This document shows positions 8,320-16,893 of a stretch of DNA of 64,000 bases, piece by piece; the first letter of the stretch is position 1, and the number at the start of each line of letters is the position of its first letter. Position numbers and translations under genes: made by a program. The notes beneath the pieces are model-generated. The model worked only from the letters and a program-made list of their open reading frames with translations, had not been told where the DNA came from and ran no database searches. Source of the stretch: a virus (lineage: Duplodnaviria > Heunggongvirae > Uroviricota > Caudoviricetes); IMG/VR virus record IMGVR_UViG_3300018065_000012; one strand, written 5' to 3'.

Positions 8320-8671
8320 ATTTCTCAATCCGTTTCAAGTGAAAGACCTTGGTCGCCCAATGAATTTGCGCGAATTACAACGGGCGCTTCGGCAATCTAT
8401 TGCGGCTGAAGAAGAAGCGGTTCACTTGTATGAAGCTTATGCGGATGCTTCTGAATTGCAATATGTTAAAAAGGTTTTTCAAGACATTGCTGACGAAGAA
8501 AAAGTTCATGTGGGAGAATTTCAAGAATTGTTGAATCGTTTTGATTCAGGGGAACGTGAATTTCTTGAAGAGGGCGCGGACGAAGTTCAAGAGATGTTAT
8601 CTGAAGACGTCATTGCTTCAAGGGTTGCTAAAGCATTCATTGCCGGGCGTGCCGAAGATTTAGAGATTTAG
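8312..8671 (+). CDS. small acidic protein with two E-x-x-H motifs (EEEAVHLYEAY ... DEEKVHVGEF), ferritin/rubrerythrin-like four-helix candidate
   Basis: Paired ExxH motifs ~35 aa apart; ATG overlaps upstream stop. Confidence 0.4.
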   Translation: MPEFLNPFQVKDLGRPMNLRELQRALRQSIAAEEEAVHLYEAYADASELQYVKKVFQDIADEEKVHVGEFQELLNRFDSGEREFLEEGADEVQEMLSEDVIASRVAKAFIAGRAEDLEI

Positions 8672-8717
8672 TTATGGAAGTAATTGAATCCAGAGGAGAA
8701 AAGGTTTGGAGCAAGAA

Positions 8718-9095
8718 ATGAAAATAGCTTCTGAATTGCTAAAGATCGCAAAGCTATTGACGGCTAAATACAAAGTCGAAAAATGGTACTTCATGCGTAT
8801 GCCGCGAGGGAGGATGCGGCAGAAGCAAGTACGTTGGACGTTGTCGGTAGACCTCGATTGGTCTGACGAAGCGCACGGAAAACATCCTTCACAAGATTAT
8901 AAAGAAAAAGAGATGCTTGAAGAAACATACAGGTCAGATAAGTCAACAATAAGAACGTTTGCAAAAATTGGCAGGAACATCATAACGATTCCCGGTGATT
9001 TTGAATTGCGTATGAAATTTGAGATCAAGGTTCCAATGGATAAAACAAACGAAGCAACAAGAAAGCTTGAAGCATTAGGATACAAACGACTATGA
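8718..9095 (+). CDS. small protein, ELLK-AK family (MKIASELLKIAKLLTAK)
   Basis: ATG 8718 with ggag SD; family motif. Confidence 0.65.
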   Translation: MKIASELLKIAKLLTAKYKVEKWYFMRMPRGRMRQKQVRWTLSVDLDWSDEAHGKHPSQDYKEKEMLEETYRSDKSTIRTFAKIGRNIITIPGDFELRMKFEIKVPMDKTNEATRKLEALGYKRL

Positions 9096-10114
9096 ACGTC
9101 TTGAATGAGTTGAAAACAATCAACGCGTTACTTGCCCGTCGGGTAACGGGGGCAAGCGAACGTGAAAAGAATCAAAAGCTGGATAAGATTTATCGTAGCT
9201 TGCCCAACGCAGGATTCTCCGAAAAGATAACTAACAAGGATATTGTTGAATTCACATTGCGAGACGAAAGGGTTGAAATATTACCAGCGACGTACAAACT
9301 CAAAAAGTATCCTGTTGTTTTCTTTTGGGATAGAGACAGACTTCCAAGACAAGATACGCCATTTGATCTCAAGGTTGGTTTCACAGATAAAGAAGGCAAG
9401 GCAAACGGTACTTTTGTTGTCAAGCTTACTTACCGCAACGGAAAGGTTGAACTTTGTCAAGCTTGGAAAGGTGGAGTTGGGCGTTTGCTCAAAGCAATCC
9501 GTGACGAGTATTTTTTCTTTGACGCACGCGCTGGAGAATCGCATTATATAAAACAGAAAAAACTTCAGAATCTTGTAGAAGGATTTTTGAACGTTGTCGC
9601 GAGAAATTTCAACGCATGGTATGGCAGGCAAATTGATAAATACGAAGCGCTGGAAAAGGCAATCGACGGATTACCAAAAACGGAAGTTCAAGAGTTTTTC
9701 AAGAAGAAAAGACAAATTCGAAAGGATGGCTTTTACGTTTATAGATTGTCGGAGAAGGAACTCATCAATGATTTCATGACAGATTTCAATAAGGTTGTTT
9801 CCGGAATCCGTCACGACAAAAGTAAGAATCCATTGAAGTATCAAGCGATGAATTTGGTTCCTTCTGAATTTCACAACATATTGGATAGATTGAGCGACAG
9901 GCAATTGAAAGAATTGATCCCTTCTTTGGTCAAGCACCGGCCAATGAAGATTATTTTGGATAGCAAATCGACGCCACAAGGCCGTCAGACGGGTAGCGCT
10001 TTTTATGTGAACGTTAACCCAAAAGATATGATGGGCGAAGGGAAAGCTTCTGTAAGGCATAAGGGAAACGTGTTTGCTTACCGCCGATGGGACGAATATT
10101 CAAAGGCAATGTAA
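9092..10114 (+). CDS. hypothetical 340-aa protein with weak family-like N-terminal helix (MNVLNELKTINALLARR)
   Basis: Long ORF, ATGA overlap upstream. Confidence 0.6.
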   Translation: MNVLNELKTINALLARRVTGASEREKNQKLDKIYRSLPNAGFSEKITNKDIVEFTLRDERVEILPATYKLKKYPVVFFWDRDRLPRQDTPFDLKVGFTDKEGKANGTFVVKLTYRNGKVELCQAWKGGVGRLLKAIRDEYFFFDARAGESHYIKQKKLQNLVEGFLNVVARNFNAWYGRQIDKYEALEKAIDGLPKTEVQEFFKKKRQIRKDGFYVYRLSEKELINDFMTDFNKVVSGIRHDKSKNPLKYQAMNLVPSEFHNILDRLSDRQLKELIPSLVKHRPMKIILDSKSTPQGRQTGSAFYVNVNPKDMMGEGKASVRHKGNVFAYRRWDEYSKAM

Positions 10115-10539
10115 TGGATATTGACCGTATAGCAGAAAGAATAGTTGTTGCTCAACGCTTCCAAGAGGTTGAAACCGCCTTGAACGGTGTATTGAACAAT
10201 TTGGAGCGTATCCGTTTGTTAGAGAGGGAAACGATCAAATTGCCAACTGCTTCAACGCAGTTTGAAGTTTTGATCGTTCTATTAAAAAAGTTGAAACAGA
10301 TTTCCGGTATGTATGCAGCAAGAAATAAAAACAAACCAGAGTTGAAAGAGTTGGTAAGACAAGCCGGTTGGACTTATGGGGCTTCAAAGAAGGCAGAGAA
10401 GTTGGTCAATGAATTTTTGGCAAAGCGTGATAACTATTATCAACAGGTCAAGAAGTTACGCGAAGGGTTGAACCAACAGGATGAAAGCTTGACCCGCGAA
10501 CTATATGATTTGTTCAGAAGAGTGGAGGCAGGGAAATAA
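10114..10539 (+). CDS. hypothetical coiled-coil protein
   Basis: ATG in TAATG overlap with upstream stop. Confidence 0.5.
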   Translation: MDIDRIAERIVVAQRFQEVETALNGVLNNLERIRLLERETIKLPTASTQFEVLIVLLKKLKQISGMYAARNKNKPELKELVRQAGWTYGASKKAEKLVNEFLAKRDNYYQQVKKLREGLNQQDESLTRELYDLFRRVEAGK

Positions 10540-10650
10540 TGGCGTGGATAGCTTTGACGTTTGTTGTCTTATTTGTTCTTACTGCGACGTCTTTGAACAG
10601 AAAGATAAAGAGAGCAATTGACGATCTTGAAGATTTTTGAGGGGAAAGCA

Positions 10651-11418
10651 ATGGAGCGGATTGCGAAAGAGCTTTTGAAGATTGCGAAACAAATACAGTC
10701 CGGCGCAACAGGTTTTTCCAAATTCGGAAAAGGCACTGACGCCAAAAGAGTGTTTCGCGATTTGCAAGAAGCGGCAAGAAGGGAATATGGCGAGGACCGT
10801 TACAGCGGGACGATCGGCGCTAAGGATAGTTTCAAACTTGTAGCTGAGCCAATGCCCTTGAAGGGCGCACAAGAAGTAGCAAGAAAGATGGGCGACAAGG
10901 CTGATAAATGGGGACCAGCGTTTGGCGTTCCTGTTGTGGGGGAAAGCAAAGGCAGATTGAAGGACGTTAAGAAAGCCGTCAAATCAAAAAGCAGTAGGGA
11001 GGCAGTTGAAGCATTGAATCAAATGCTAAACGAAAGATACAAAGGGTTTGTTTGGGAATGGGAAACCAAACCTAAAGTGGAATTGTTGAAAGGTTCTGCG
11101 ATTACCTTCAAGACGCAGAAAGGGGCAAAGCCAGCGGTTGTTTACAAAACCTTAACGTACAAAGAATATCCTACGTTGAAAGAAGCAGTTGACGCAACAG
11201 AAGCTCATATCAAGACGGCTATTCAAGAAAATTGGCGTTTGCAAAAAGAATATCCAATCACCGCCGAAGTATCAAACGCTACAAGAGTTGCGGCCAAAGT
11301 TACATTTGATTTCAGAAGCAAAGAGGGAAACAAGTATCAAGTAAGTGGTAAAATCAAGGTATCGAAACCAAGCAAGAAAATAATTGGGTATTTTTTCTTT
11401 GGCGAAGCGCCAACGTAA
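10651..11418 (+). CDS. ELLK-AK family protein, 255 aa (MERIAKELLKIAKQIQSG)
   Basis: Internal ATG 10651 preceded by gaggggaaagca. Confidence 0.65.
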   Translation: MERIAKELLKIAKQIQSGATGFSKFGKGTDAKRVFRDLQEAARREYGEDRYSGTIGAKDSFKLVAEPMPLKGAQEVARKMGDKADKWGPAFGVPVVGESKGRLKDVKKAVKSKSSREAVEALNQMLNERYKGFVWEWETKPKVELLKGSAITFKTQKGAKPAVVYKTLTYKEYPTLKEAVDATEAHIKTAIQENWRLQKEYPITAEVSNATRVAAKVTFDFRSKEGNKYQVSGKIKVSKPSKKIIGYFFFGEAPT

Positions 11419-11426
11419 AGGCCGGG

Positions 11427-11597
11427 ATGATGACAAAATTACAGATGAGATCAATTCACGACAAGCTTGACGCAATGGGGAAGCTGTTTAAGAAAACAAG
11501 CGAAACGATTGACGCAAATATACAACGGCTTGAGAAGAACGAAACGAACGACTTGAGCTGCGCGAGCGAACGACTTGAATCTACAACGAAGAAGTAA
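11427..11597 (+). CDS. possible small coiled-coil protein (56 aa)
   Basis: Unlisted ORF filling an otherwise empty gap; no strong SD. Confidence 0.3.
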   Translation: MMTKLQMRSIHDKLDAMGKLFKKTSETIDANIQRLEKNETNDLSCASERLESTTKK

Positions 11598-11609
11598 GGA
11601 GGTTTACTT

Positions 11610-11858
11610 ATGGCGAAGTTTGATTATAGTGCTATGTATGATCCCAAGAATGCATTTCCAAAACGTCTTCCAAATGTATCTTCGGAAGCAGCGGCAGATA
11701 AAGGAGTATTAGTGATTGGGATTCCAAATGATAGTACGGTTGCCGTTGACGATGCGAAGGAATATTGGAATGGTGGAAATTTGATGGCAGTTTATGGAAT
11801 CTCTGTCGACATTGTTTACTATGCGCGTACAGGAAATTTGAATCAATTTTTACCGTAA
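11610..11858 (+). CDS. hypothetical protein
   Basis: Strong SD taaggagg 7 nt upstream. Confidence 0.65.
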   Translation: MAKFDYSAMYDPKNAFPKRLPNVSSEAAADKGVLVIGIPNDSTVAVDDAKEYWNGGNLMAVYGISVDIVYYARTGNLNQFLP

Positions 11859-11859
11859 A

Positions 11860-11910
11860 GGTCATTTAAGGCTCCTGCCCGTCGATTCGCCTTCTCCCTT
11901 CTCCGATGAG
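11860..11910 (+). other. perfect 11-bp GC-rich inverted repeat (ggctcctgccc / gggcaggagcc) with 29-nt loop; possible terminator or RNA/protein-binding structure
   Basis: Seen directly; no U-tract follows. Confidence 0.35.
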
Positions 11911-11942
11911 GGCAGGAGCCTCTCCCCTTTCTGGAGTTTGCT

Positions 11943-12356
11943 GTGAAGACTGTAGCAAAAGAATTATTGAAAGTAGCTAAATTGCTTACAAGCGGAAAAG
12001 TAAGAGTCAGAACGCAGACTCCTGACGTTGAATTGGATGATGTTGAATTGATTCAGCGGGTAAAAAGCTACGGTAAAGACGCACAATCATCTTATGGGTT
12101 GTTCGTAAGAGCACGCGGTTTGAGGCCGAAGATCAACATGAAGAAGTTTAGGGAGATTTGGGATTCAGTATCGCCCAACAAGCATGAAAAAGTGGAAACA
12201 GTTGATTTCAAACCTACGCACAAATCAAAGGATGTTGAAGGTTTGACTATTATGGTGACGCAAGTTGAACCAAATATAGTGCGTTTCATATCAAGTTATG
12301 GCGGTACTGGATCAAGCCCAGCTGGGCTTTTCAAAAGTCAGTACAAAAAAATCTGA
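11943..12356 (+). CDS. small protein, ELLK-AK family, GTG start (VKTVAKELLKVAKLLTSG)
   Basis: Family motif; ggag 8 nt upstream of GTG. Confidence 0.6.
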   Translation: MKTVAKELLKVAKLLTSGKVRVRTQTPDVELDDVELIQRVKSYGKDAQSSYGLFVRARGLRPKINMKKFREIWDSVSPNKHEKVETVDFKPTHKSKDVEGLTIMVTQVEPNIVRFISSYGGTGSSPAGLFKSQYKKI

Positions 12357-12373
12357 ACCCAAGGGAACAGCGA

Positions 12374-12571
12374 ATGGCCGTTGAAGCAACAAGGCAAAAA
12401 ATCTTATTGGAGATCAAAAGGCTACGTCCGGATTTTCCAGATACTACAATCAGACAATGGGTTGATGACTTTTTGAAAGCAGTTAAAAATGCAGATTTGG
12501 AATTGGTAGTAGGCCGGAAGACGAAAACAAAGATTGTACTTCCGAAAAATATTATTAACAGAAGGAGATGA
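12374..12571 (+). CDS. hypothetical small protein
   Basis: aaggga SD 7 nt upstream. Confidence 0.5.
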   Translation: MAVEATRQKILLEIKRLRPDFPDTTIRQWVDDFLKAVKNADLELVVGRKTKTKIVLPKNIINRRR

Positions 12572-12573
12572 AG

Positions 12574-12732
12574 ATGAGAAAAATGAAGCACCCAAGGTGC
12601 AGCCGTGGATTACACGACTATCAGAAAATAAACCAGTACATGAAAGAATGCAAGAACTGCGAGAAGCGCGTAAGAATTGGATTTGATATTCGCAAAAACA
12701 AGATCAGCAATATAGGAAGAAAAAGACGATGA
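12574..12732 (+). CDS. possible 52-aa basic Cys-containing peptide
   Basis: Unlisted ORF with aggag SD 6 nt upstream. Confidence 0.3.
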   Translation: MRKMKHPRCSRGLHDYQKINQYMKECKNCEKRVRIGFDIRKNKISNIGRKRR

Positions 12733-12816
12733 GAAAGAGCGGAAAAGGCAGACGAAAAATAGGTAAGAAGAAACGTCTTGCGAGAAGAAAAGCCCGCAAC
12801 AAGAAATGAGGTAACT

Positions 12817-13323
12817 GTGCCCGAACAGAAACCAAAATCAAAAGAAAACAATACGACGGTACTGACGAAAAGCGGCGTAGTTAAGAAGGTTTTGCTTGCT
12901 GTGATTACCGGCGCTGTCGGAACTGCCTTTGCTGGGATTGTTTGGGTTTGTGGAACGGTTTTGACGCTTCAAAAGGATATGACCACAACGAAAGCGAGTG
13001 TGGAATCAACGGCAAAAATGATTGAGGAACGTTTCAAAGAGCGCCCTGATGATATGGCAATTTGGGAACAGTTGCACAAACATGCAGGAGAGATTAAGGA
13101 ATTGCAAATTAAGGATGCGTTTAAGGACGGACGTTGGGAAGGAATACATAAGAGAAAAATAGAGCACCCTATTCCAGAACCAGATGACGAGGAAGCTATA
13201 GAAAAACCAGAACCAAAAGAAAACGGAGACGATACGAGATCATTTCGAGAAAAACACATGCGTCCTTGGATTCAACAACAGCAAGCAAACGAACCACCGC
13301 TTATGTTGAATAGGAAAAAATGA
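12817..13323 (+). CDS. single-pass membrane protein (TM helix VKKVLLAVITGAVGTAFAGIVWVCGTVL)
   Basis: GTG start after gaggt; hydrophobic segment. Confidence 0.5.
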   Translation: MPEQKPKSKENNTTVLTKSGVVKKVLLAVITGAVGTAFAGIVWVCGTVLTLQKDMTTTKASVESTAKMIEERFKERPDDMAIWEQLHKHAGEIKELQIKDAFKDGRWEGIHKRKIEHPIPEPDDEEAIEKPEPKENGDDTRSFREKHMRPWIQQQQANEPPLMLNRKK

Positions 13324-13344
13324 AAATTATAAAGGATGATCAAA

Positions 13345-13611
13345 ATGAAAAACAAAGGAGTATCGTCGAAACAGGCGTATCACTTGCTCTGTCTCATCAG
13401 GCGAAATTCTTTGAACTTGGGGGGTAAGGAAAAGTTTGCGGTCATAAAGCATTTGGAAAAGATGGCAAAACCATATATAGAAAAACACGTAAGCCATGAA
13501 GAAGTTCAACTTGGAGAATTGTCAAAGCAAATTAGTTACTTGGCGGGGATTGTTCAAAACGTGAGAACGAATCTGGAACAAAAAAATGGAAAAGTCAAAA
13601 CGCATGAATGA
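13345..13611 (+). CDS. hypothetical protein
   Basis: aaagga SD 8 nt upstream of second ATG. Confidence 0.5.
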   Translation: MKNKGVSSKQAYHLLCLIRRNSLNLGGKEKFAVIKHLEKMAKPYIEKHVSHEEVQLGELSKQISYLAGIVQNVRTNLEQKNGKVKTHE

Positions 13612-13828
13612 AAAACAAATTGCTACAAGAATTGCAAAAAGGCTTTTAGCTGATCCCGTAGTTGATAATTACGCAATTGAACTTCAAAAGGCTTCAGACA
13701 AGTTGGAGAATATTTCGAAGAAGGTGCGGTCAAAATCAATAGCTGATTTCAATAAACAGAAAGCAAAACGGTCACTCAAACAATTGAAGCTTGTCCTTGG
13801 ATTATTAACTTCAAATTTCAAGGTGTAA
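13604..13828 (+). CDS. hypothetical small protein with degenerate helix motif (IATRIAKRLLADP)
   Basis: ATGAATGA overlap. Confidence 0.45.
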   Translation: MNEKQIATRIAKRLLADPVVDNYAIELQKASDKLENISKKVRSKSIADFNKQKAKRSLKQLKLVLGLLTSNFKV

Positions 13829-13832
13829 AACG

Positions 13833-14390
13833 ATGCCATTCAAAAGCGTTGAGGAAGCAATAAAGAAACATCCCGGTTTGAAGAAGTATAGTCAGAAGGC
13901 GCAACGGGGTTGGCTCAAGTCGATCAACAGTTGTTTTGCTGGCGGGGGAGACGATGGTAAATGTTTTCCAATTGCTTGGAGCGTAGCAAACAAAGCGGAT
14001 AGCAAGAAAGCCATGGACGAAAAAGATTTTGATGAATGGGTCGTTGACGTGGAGTTCAGAGCAGGGCGGTTTGTAGTTTTCAAAGCAGACACGTTTGCAA
14101 GAGCAGACGAGGTGTACGAAGTTTATCCAAAAGGAAGCAAGAAGAAAATAGCAAGTATAATTTTCAATAACGGAAGAATCAAAATCATGGCAGATGCTTG
14201 GACGTTTACGAGGGAAAACCCTTTGGTCAAAGTTGATAGGGAGATACGAGATCCAAAGCCGATAGATGCGGCTAAGTATTTAGTCAAGCTTTACAAGCTT
14301 TGGGAAATGTACTATACGAAGAGAAAAATTTCAACAGAGTTAATCAAGATAGCAAAGATTCTTATTGGAGAGAACGGCAGTGGAGATTAA
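13833..14390 (+). CDS. hypothetical 185-aa protein carrying the family motif at its C-terminus (ISTELIKIAKILIGENGSGD)
   Basis: C-terminal occurrence of motif. Confidence 0.6.
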   Translation: MPFKSVEEAIKKHPGLKKYSQKAQRGWLKSINSCFAGGGDDGKCFPIAWSVANKADSKKAMDEKDFDEWVVDVEFRAGRFVVFKADTFARADEVYEVYPKGSKKKIASIIFNNGRIKIMADAWTFTRENPLVKVDREIRDPKPIDAAKYLVKLYKLWEMYYTKRKISTELIKIAKILIGENGSGD

Positions 14391-14559
14391 TTACGATGAC
14401 TCGAAATACTGTAATTTATTTGGAGTTGAAAAACGTTGCAGACACTTACATGTGAAACGTGGAAGGTGTAAACGGTTGAAAAAGGATTTGGAAAAAGGAA
14501 TTCTCGGTCTGTGCAGAGTCGTTGAATGCCAAAAGAGAAAATTGAGGGAATACAAATGA
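14365..14559 (+). CDS. possible small Cys-containing protein
   Basis: Overlaps both neighbours; weak. Confidence 0.3.
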   Translation: MERTAVEINYDDSKYCNLFGVEKRCRHLHVKRGRCKRLKKDLEKGILGLCRVVECQKRKLREYK

Positions 14560-14942
14560 AACAGATTGCAAAACAGCTTTTGAAAATTGCCGCTATACTC
14601 GTCAATCCCTTAAATGGAATGAGAAAACAAAAAGCAACAAAAGTTGTAAACAAATTGATGGCAGACGCATCAAAAGGGCTTTTCAGCGATTCATATTGGA
14701 GAGGCGTAAAACAAGTTTGGGAAGCGTTAGACAGAGCAGGAATCCCTTATACGATTATGAGCAACAAGTATACACAGGATAAAGTAACAGGCAACCCCAA
14801 TGCGAAAGAATGGAAGTTTGAAATAGAGTTTGCAAACGAGCGCGGACGCCTTCATAAGCTTTATGGGCGGTTGGTTGCAAGTGGCGCTGGTCCAATTGAT
14901 GATCCTCTTGAACGCTATGATATCACGGTGTATGCTTCATGA
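14556..14942 (+). CDS. small protein, ELLK-AK family (MKQIAKQLLKIAAILVNP)
   Basis: Internal ATG of ORF 14526..14942. Confidence 0.6.
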   Translation: MKQIAKQLLKIAAILVNPLNGMRKQKATKVVNKLMADASKGLFSDSYWRGVKQVWEALDRAGIPYTIMSNKYTQDKVTGNPNAKEWKFEIEFANERGRLHKLYGRLVASGAGPIDDPLERYDITVYAS

Positions 14943-16441
14943 ATGTTTCATCTGAACTTCAAAAAATAGCAACGCTTCTCGTAACTGCGACTCTCGCAGA
15001 AAAAGAATTTGAACGCTTTCTCAAAGTGTTTTTGAAAGGTACGCCTTTTGCGCACAAGGCGTATGCCGTAGGCGGTTACGTCCGTGATGAATTGTTAGGT
15101 TTGGAATCAAAAGACCTTGACGTTGTTGTAGAGATGAAGGGTGGCGCTGAAAAACTTACTAAGTTGATTAAGAAGGAATTGGGCAAAGCAGTTTCTACTC
15201 CGAGGCAATTGGGCGCTGGTTATCCTATTTGGCAGATTGCTTTCAAAGAAGATATTTCTTATGAGGGTAAGACGTATAAAACCAAAGGCGCGGTTCTTGA
15301 ATTTGCCGATACGATGACTGAGAGTTTTCCTGACCCAGAAAGCAGACAACGACAAACTGAATATGGAACGCTTGAGCAGGACGTTAAACGCCGAGATTTT
15401 ACCGTCAACATGTTGATGAAAGATTTGACAAACGGTGAAATCAAAGACTTGACCGGAGTGAGTAAGAATGATTTGAAGAAAGGAATCTTGCGCGGTCATC
15501 CCGGCGTTTCGCTTGATAAGATTTTCATGAACGACCCGTTGCGAATGATACGTTTGATCCGGTTCCAAACGAAATACGGATGGGACATTCCAATGGATGT
15601 GTTACGCATTGTCAAACGCAATGCAAAACGAATTCAAATTGTGTCGCCTGAACGCATTATGGGAGAACTTGAAAAGGTAATGAAATTGGGCAAACTGAAC
15701 AAAGCAATTCGATTAATGAAGATAACAGGTTTACTCAAATATGTACTTCCAGAAGTGGATGAGCTTACAAAAGTCAAGCAGTCGCCGAAGCAACATGCAG
15801 AAGGAAACGTATTCAAACATACTATGATGGTATTGAAAAACGCAAAGCCAACGGTAGAGGCTCAGATGGCGGCGTTGTTGCATGACGTTGGAAAGGCAAA
15901 GACGCAGCAGATATTTGGAAACGGGATTTCATTCCATGGCCATGAAAAAGTGTCTGGTGAAATCGCGGAAGCAATTTTGCGTAGGCTGAAGTTTGACAGT
16001 CGTACGATCAATACTGTTCGCAAATTGGTTGAAAATCATATGCGGCCACATCGAATTGATGATATGATAAAATCAAACAAGGGCGATTCAGCGCGTGTGC
16101 AGAAAGTATTGCGTCGCTTTGTCCGCAAGATTGGTGATGAATCTATTGATGCGTTGATTGACTTGGCAGAGGCGGATGCGATCGGAAAGTTGCCGCCGCA
16201 GAATTATGCTCCCAATCTGAGGCGCATGATTGATGATATCAGAAAGTCTCCGTTACCCGTTTCAAAAAAGCCAGTGTTGGACGGCAAAGAAATTATGCAA
16301 ATACTGAACGTGAAGCCGGGACCGCTTGTTGGGGACGTGTCGCGGTTTCTGATTGAGTTGGAAGAGGACTATGCCGCAAAAGGAAAAGCGTTGAAGAAGG
16401 ACGAAGCAAAGAAACAGGTGCTTGAAAGATATAGTCGTTGA
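14939..16441 (+). CDS. cca: CCA-adding tRNA nucleotidyltransferase with HD domain, fused to a ~28-aa N-terminal family helix (MNVSSELQKIATLLVTATLAEKEFERFLK)
   Basis: AYAVGGYVRDELLG...DLDVVV head-domain motifs of Pol-beta NTase/CCA enzymes; HD region downstream. Confidence 0.75.
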   Translation: MNVSSELQKIATLLVTATLAEKEFERFLKVFLKGTPFAHKAYAVGGYVRDELLGLESKDLDVVVEMKGGAEKLTKLIKKELGKAVSTPRQLGAGYPIWQIAFKEDISYEGKTYKTKGAVLEFADTMTESFPDPESRQRQTEYGTLEQDVKRRDFTVNMLMKDLTNGEIKDLTGVSKNDLKKGILRGHPGVSLDKIFMNDPLRMIRLIRFQTKYGWDIPMDVLRIVKRNAKRIQIVSPERIMGELEKVMKLGKLNKAIRLMKITGLLKYVLPEVDELTKVKQSPKQHAEGNVFKHTMMVLKNAKPTVEAQMAALLHDVGKAKTQQIFGNGISFHGHEKVSGEIAEAILRRLKFDSRTINTVRKLVENHMRPHRIDDMIKSNKGDSARVQKVLRRFVRKIGDESIDALIDLAEADAIGKLPPQNYAPNLRRMIDDIRKSPLPVSKKPVLDGKEIMQILNVKPGPLVGDVSRFLIELEEDYAAKGKALKKDEAKKQVLERYSR

Positions 16442-16786
16442 ATGGTTGTCAATTTCACATCTTGTATCAGGAACGTTTTCAAAGGCATTCATTATGCCAT
16501 TGTTGACGTCGAAGGCACAAAAGGAATCTGTGTTCAAATTCCTGAAAACCATCCATTTCGGCAGCGCGATTCTTCTTTGATTTCTCAGCGCAAGCTTGTG
16601 GCCGAAGGGAATTTTCCACAGTTATCTGCGACGGGATATTGGTTCTGTTTTGAGTGCGATTCTGAATTGCATGATGAGCAGCTTACACAATTATGCCGTG
16701 AAATGATCAATCACGTTCGTCGGCCCTATTGGACGATGTTTAAGCGTGGTATCCGGCGGTTTCTCGCCAATCTAAAACACCTCTAA
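16442..16786 (+). CDS. hypothetical protein
   Basis: 114-aa ORF; weak SD. Confidence 0.4.
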   Translation: MVVNFTSCIRNVFKGIHYAIVDVEGTKGICVQIPENHPFRQRDSSLISQRKLVAEGNFPQLSATGYWFCFECDSELHDEQLTQLCREMINHVRRPYWTMFKRGIRRFLANLKHL

Positions 16787-16820
16787 AATTCACACCGAAT
16801 TTGCAAAAAATCAGCAAAAC

Positions 16821-16842
16821 TTGCTTCTCGGGTTGTATAATA
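16821..16842 (+). promoter_or_regulatory. promoter-like motif TTGCTTCTCGGGTTGTATAATA (site A of GGTTGTATAATA family)
   Basis: Intergenic; TATAAT at 16836-16841; recurs at 23313, 31691, 34431, 59774. Confidence 0.5.
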
Positions 16843-16893
16843 AAATGTAAATGATATGTCCTTTGTTCTGTGTGATTTGCCGAGGAGGAAAAT

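Noticed and set aside
16801-16842. Canonical sigma70 -35 for promoter site A
   Set aside because: TTGCTT lies only 9 nt from TATAAT and TTGCAA lies 29 nt away, so neither spacing works. It is kept as a motif-based promoter only.
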